Source of the DNA: Candidatus Moraniibacteriota bacterium
GTDB lineage: Bacteria; Patescibacteriota; Minisyncoccia; Moranbacterales; DUUL01
Assembly (NCBI GenBank): GCA_041583775.1
Contig: JBFHFF010000002.1
Span: 64,274-128,273, forward strand
Length of the DNA: 64,000 nucleotides
Reading direction: 5' to 3'
Of the stretch, positions 62,251 to 64,000 are shown one piece after another. The notes under the pieces were generated by a model. That model saw only the letters and a program-made list of their open reading frames with translations. It did not search any database and was not told the origin of the DNA. The first letter of the stretch is position 1, and every line of letters begins with the position of its first letter. Both the position numbers and the translations under genes were made by a program.

Positions 62251-64000
62251 CTATTTTCCACAACATTTTTTGAATTTTTTCCCACTTCCACACGGACAAG
62301 GTTCGTTCCTGTTGATATTTTTTTGATTTATAATTGGCGAAGGAGTGGATTTTTTTTCTTTTTCTGTAGAAATTTTTCCCAACAAAGAATTATTTGTTTT
62401 TTTTGTGTCATTATATGCCATACGCCTTTCTTGTGGCTCAGTATTTGTTGTTTCGCTTTCCTTGGATACCGGATGAATCCTAAAAATCGCTTTTATAATA
62501 TTCTGATTAATTGTAGCCAAAAGAGACTGAAACATACTAAAAGCTTCTTTTTTATACATAACCAAAGGATCTCTTTGTCCATATCCCTGCAATCCAATTC
62601 CCTCTCGTGTGAAATCCATTTGCTCAAGATGATCCATCCAAAAACTATCAATTGTTCTCAAGCAAAGACTTTTTTCAATTATTCTCATTTGCTCTGCTCC
62701 CAATTCTTTTTCTTTTTCTGCATATCTTCTTTTTAAATAGTCTGCTAATACTTCGATTATTGCACTTCTTTTCTCAGTACTGTGTGCATAGTCTTTAGAA
62801 TTTTTAACCGCTAACAATTTTTTGTGTAGCTCTGATATTTCACCTTCCGTGATTACACCCAACTCCTCTGAAATTTCTTCAGTATTCCAACTATTTTCAT
62901 CATCCGAATCTGTGTGAACGACAACAATGGCATCTATTTCATCATAGAACATCTGCAGAACATCATCCTTTACACTTTTTTTACTTAAAATATCTTTCCT
63001 TTTTTTGTAAATAGTCTCTCGTTGTTTATTCATAACATCGTCATACTCCAAAACTCGTTTACGAATGTCAAAATTAAATCCTTCTATTTTTCCTTGTGCC
63101 GATTCAATTGATTTGGAAATTATTTTATTTTCAATTGGTTGATCTTCTGGTAAACCCAATTTATCCATAATATTTTTCATTCTATCTCCACCAAAACGCC
63201 TTAATAATTCATCTTCTAGCGATACAAAGAATTGTGTAATTCCTGGGTCACCTTGTCGCCCAGCACGCCCACGAAGCTGGTTGTCAATTCGACGCGCTTC
63301 ATGCCTTTCTGTTCCAATAATGAAAAGTCCTCCAACCTCTGCAACTCCTTCTCCGAGTTTAATATCAGTTCCTCTTCCGGCCATATTAGTCGCAATTGTG
63401 ACGGCTCCTTTTTGCCCTGCGTTAGCAATGATTTGCGCCTCTCTTTCATGATTCTTCGCATTCAAAACTTCTCTTTCAATACCTCTTTTTTTCAAAATTT
63501 CTGCTAAATATTCAGACTTTTCAATTGCAATTGTTCCTACCAAAACAGGAATCCCTTTTTTATGACTCTCAATAACTTCCTCTACAATAGCATTAAATTT
63601 ACCTTTCTCTGTTTTGTATACGACATCCTTTCTGTCAACTCTCGCCAACGGTTTATTTGTTGGAATTTCAACAACCTCAAGTTTATAAACTTTATCAAAC
63701 TCCTCTGCAGAAGTAAGTGCTGTTCCTGTCATTCCTGCAAGTTTATTATACATTCTAAAGTAATTTTGGAATGTTATTGTGGCTAAAGTTCGAGACTCTC
63801 TTTGAACAGTGACACCTTCTTTTGCTTCAATTGCTTGATGTAGACCTTCGGAATATCTTCTTCCTGGCATAAGCCTTCCTGTAAATTCATCAACAATTAT
63901 AATCTCACCATCCTTAACAACATAATCTTTGTCTAATTGAAAAAGTACATTTGCTTTTAGTGCCTGCTCCAAATGATGTACATATGAAACTTTATTTGTC
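62251..64000 (-). CDS. secA: Preprotein translocase SecA (3' part; continues beyond the window)
   Basis: IVDEFTGR, GMTGTA, ATNMAGRGTDI, QLRGRAGRQGDPG and SEC-C motif CPCGSGKKFKKCCG. Confidence 0.98.
   Translation of the reverse strand, partial: TNKVSYVHHLEQALKANVLFQLDKDYVVKDGEIIIVDEFTGRLMPGRRYSEGLHQAIEAKEGVTVQRESRTLATITFQNYFRMYNKLAGMTGTALTSAEEFDKVYKLEVVEIPTNKPLARVDRKDVVYKTEKGKFNAIVEEVIESHKKGIPVLVGTIAIEKSEYLAEILKKRGIEREVLNAKNHEREAQIIANAGQKGAVTIATNMAGRGTDIKLGEGVAEVGGLFIIGTERHEARRIDNQLRGRAGRQGDPGITQFFVSLEDELLRRFGGDRMKNIMDKLGLPEDQPIENKIISKSIESAQGKIEGFNFDIRKRVLEYDDVMNKQRETIYKKRKDILSKKSVKDDVLQMFYDEIDAIVVVHTDSDDENSWNTEEISEELGVITEGEISELHKKLLAVKNSKDYAHSTEKRSAIIEVLADYLKRRYAEKEKELGAEQMRIIEKSLCLRTIDSFWMDHLEQMDFTREGIGLQGYGQRDPLVMYKKEAFSMFQSLLATINQNIIKAIFRIHPVSKESETTNTEPQERRMAYNDTKKTNNSLLGKISTEKEKKSTPSPIINQKNINRNEPCPCGSGKKFKKCCGK

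Overview
AT-rich bacterial chromosome segment in genetic code 11. It resembles Patescibacteria/CPR (Parcubacteria-like); this is an inference from the array of VirB2/TrbC-type pilins, core genes lacking Shine-Dalgarno (SD) sites, and an unlinked 23S-5S locus. Left to right: gyrA (start lies upstream of the window), a sugar-binding lipoprotein, six pilin-like genes around a GT-C-like membrane protein, an SPFH cassette, a NoeA/NoeB-like operon, and about 15 kb of minus-strand accessory genes. Next comes a tRNA-Trp-anchored island (about 29.9-48.2 kb). It holds a roughly 15.2-kb serine-recombinase satellite-like element, with a 1012-aa RelA/SpoT fusion and an AlbA/Schlafen ATPase as cargo, plus older integration scars. 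To the right are rpmG-rplA-rplK-nusG-secE, several orphan genes, 5S and 23S rRNA (no 16S; about 200-nt insertion in helix 79), an LTA-synthase/GDPD fusion and the 3' part of secA. Main discoveries: (1) the att site lies inside the integrase gene, and three orphan integrase C-terminal tails mark successive integrations that left an integron-like cassette array at tRNA-Trp; (2) two homologous structured leader RNAs with the same switch topology precede the integrase and the cargo operon; (3) a recurring promoter/boxA-like/SD/ORF/terminator architecture marks orphan genes. All family assignments come from motif recognition by eye; no database searches were run.
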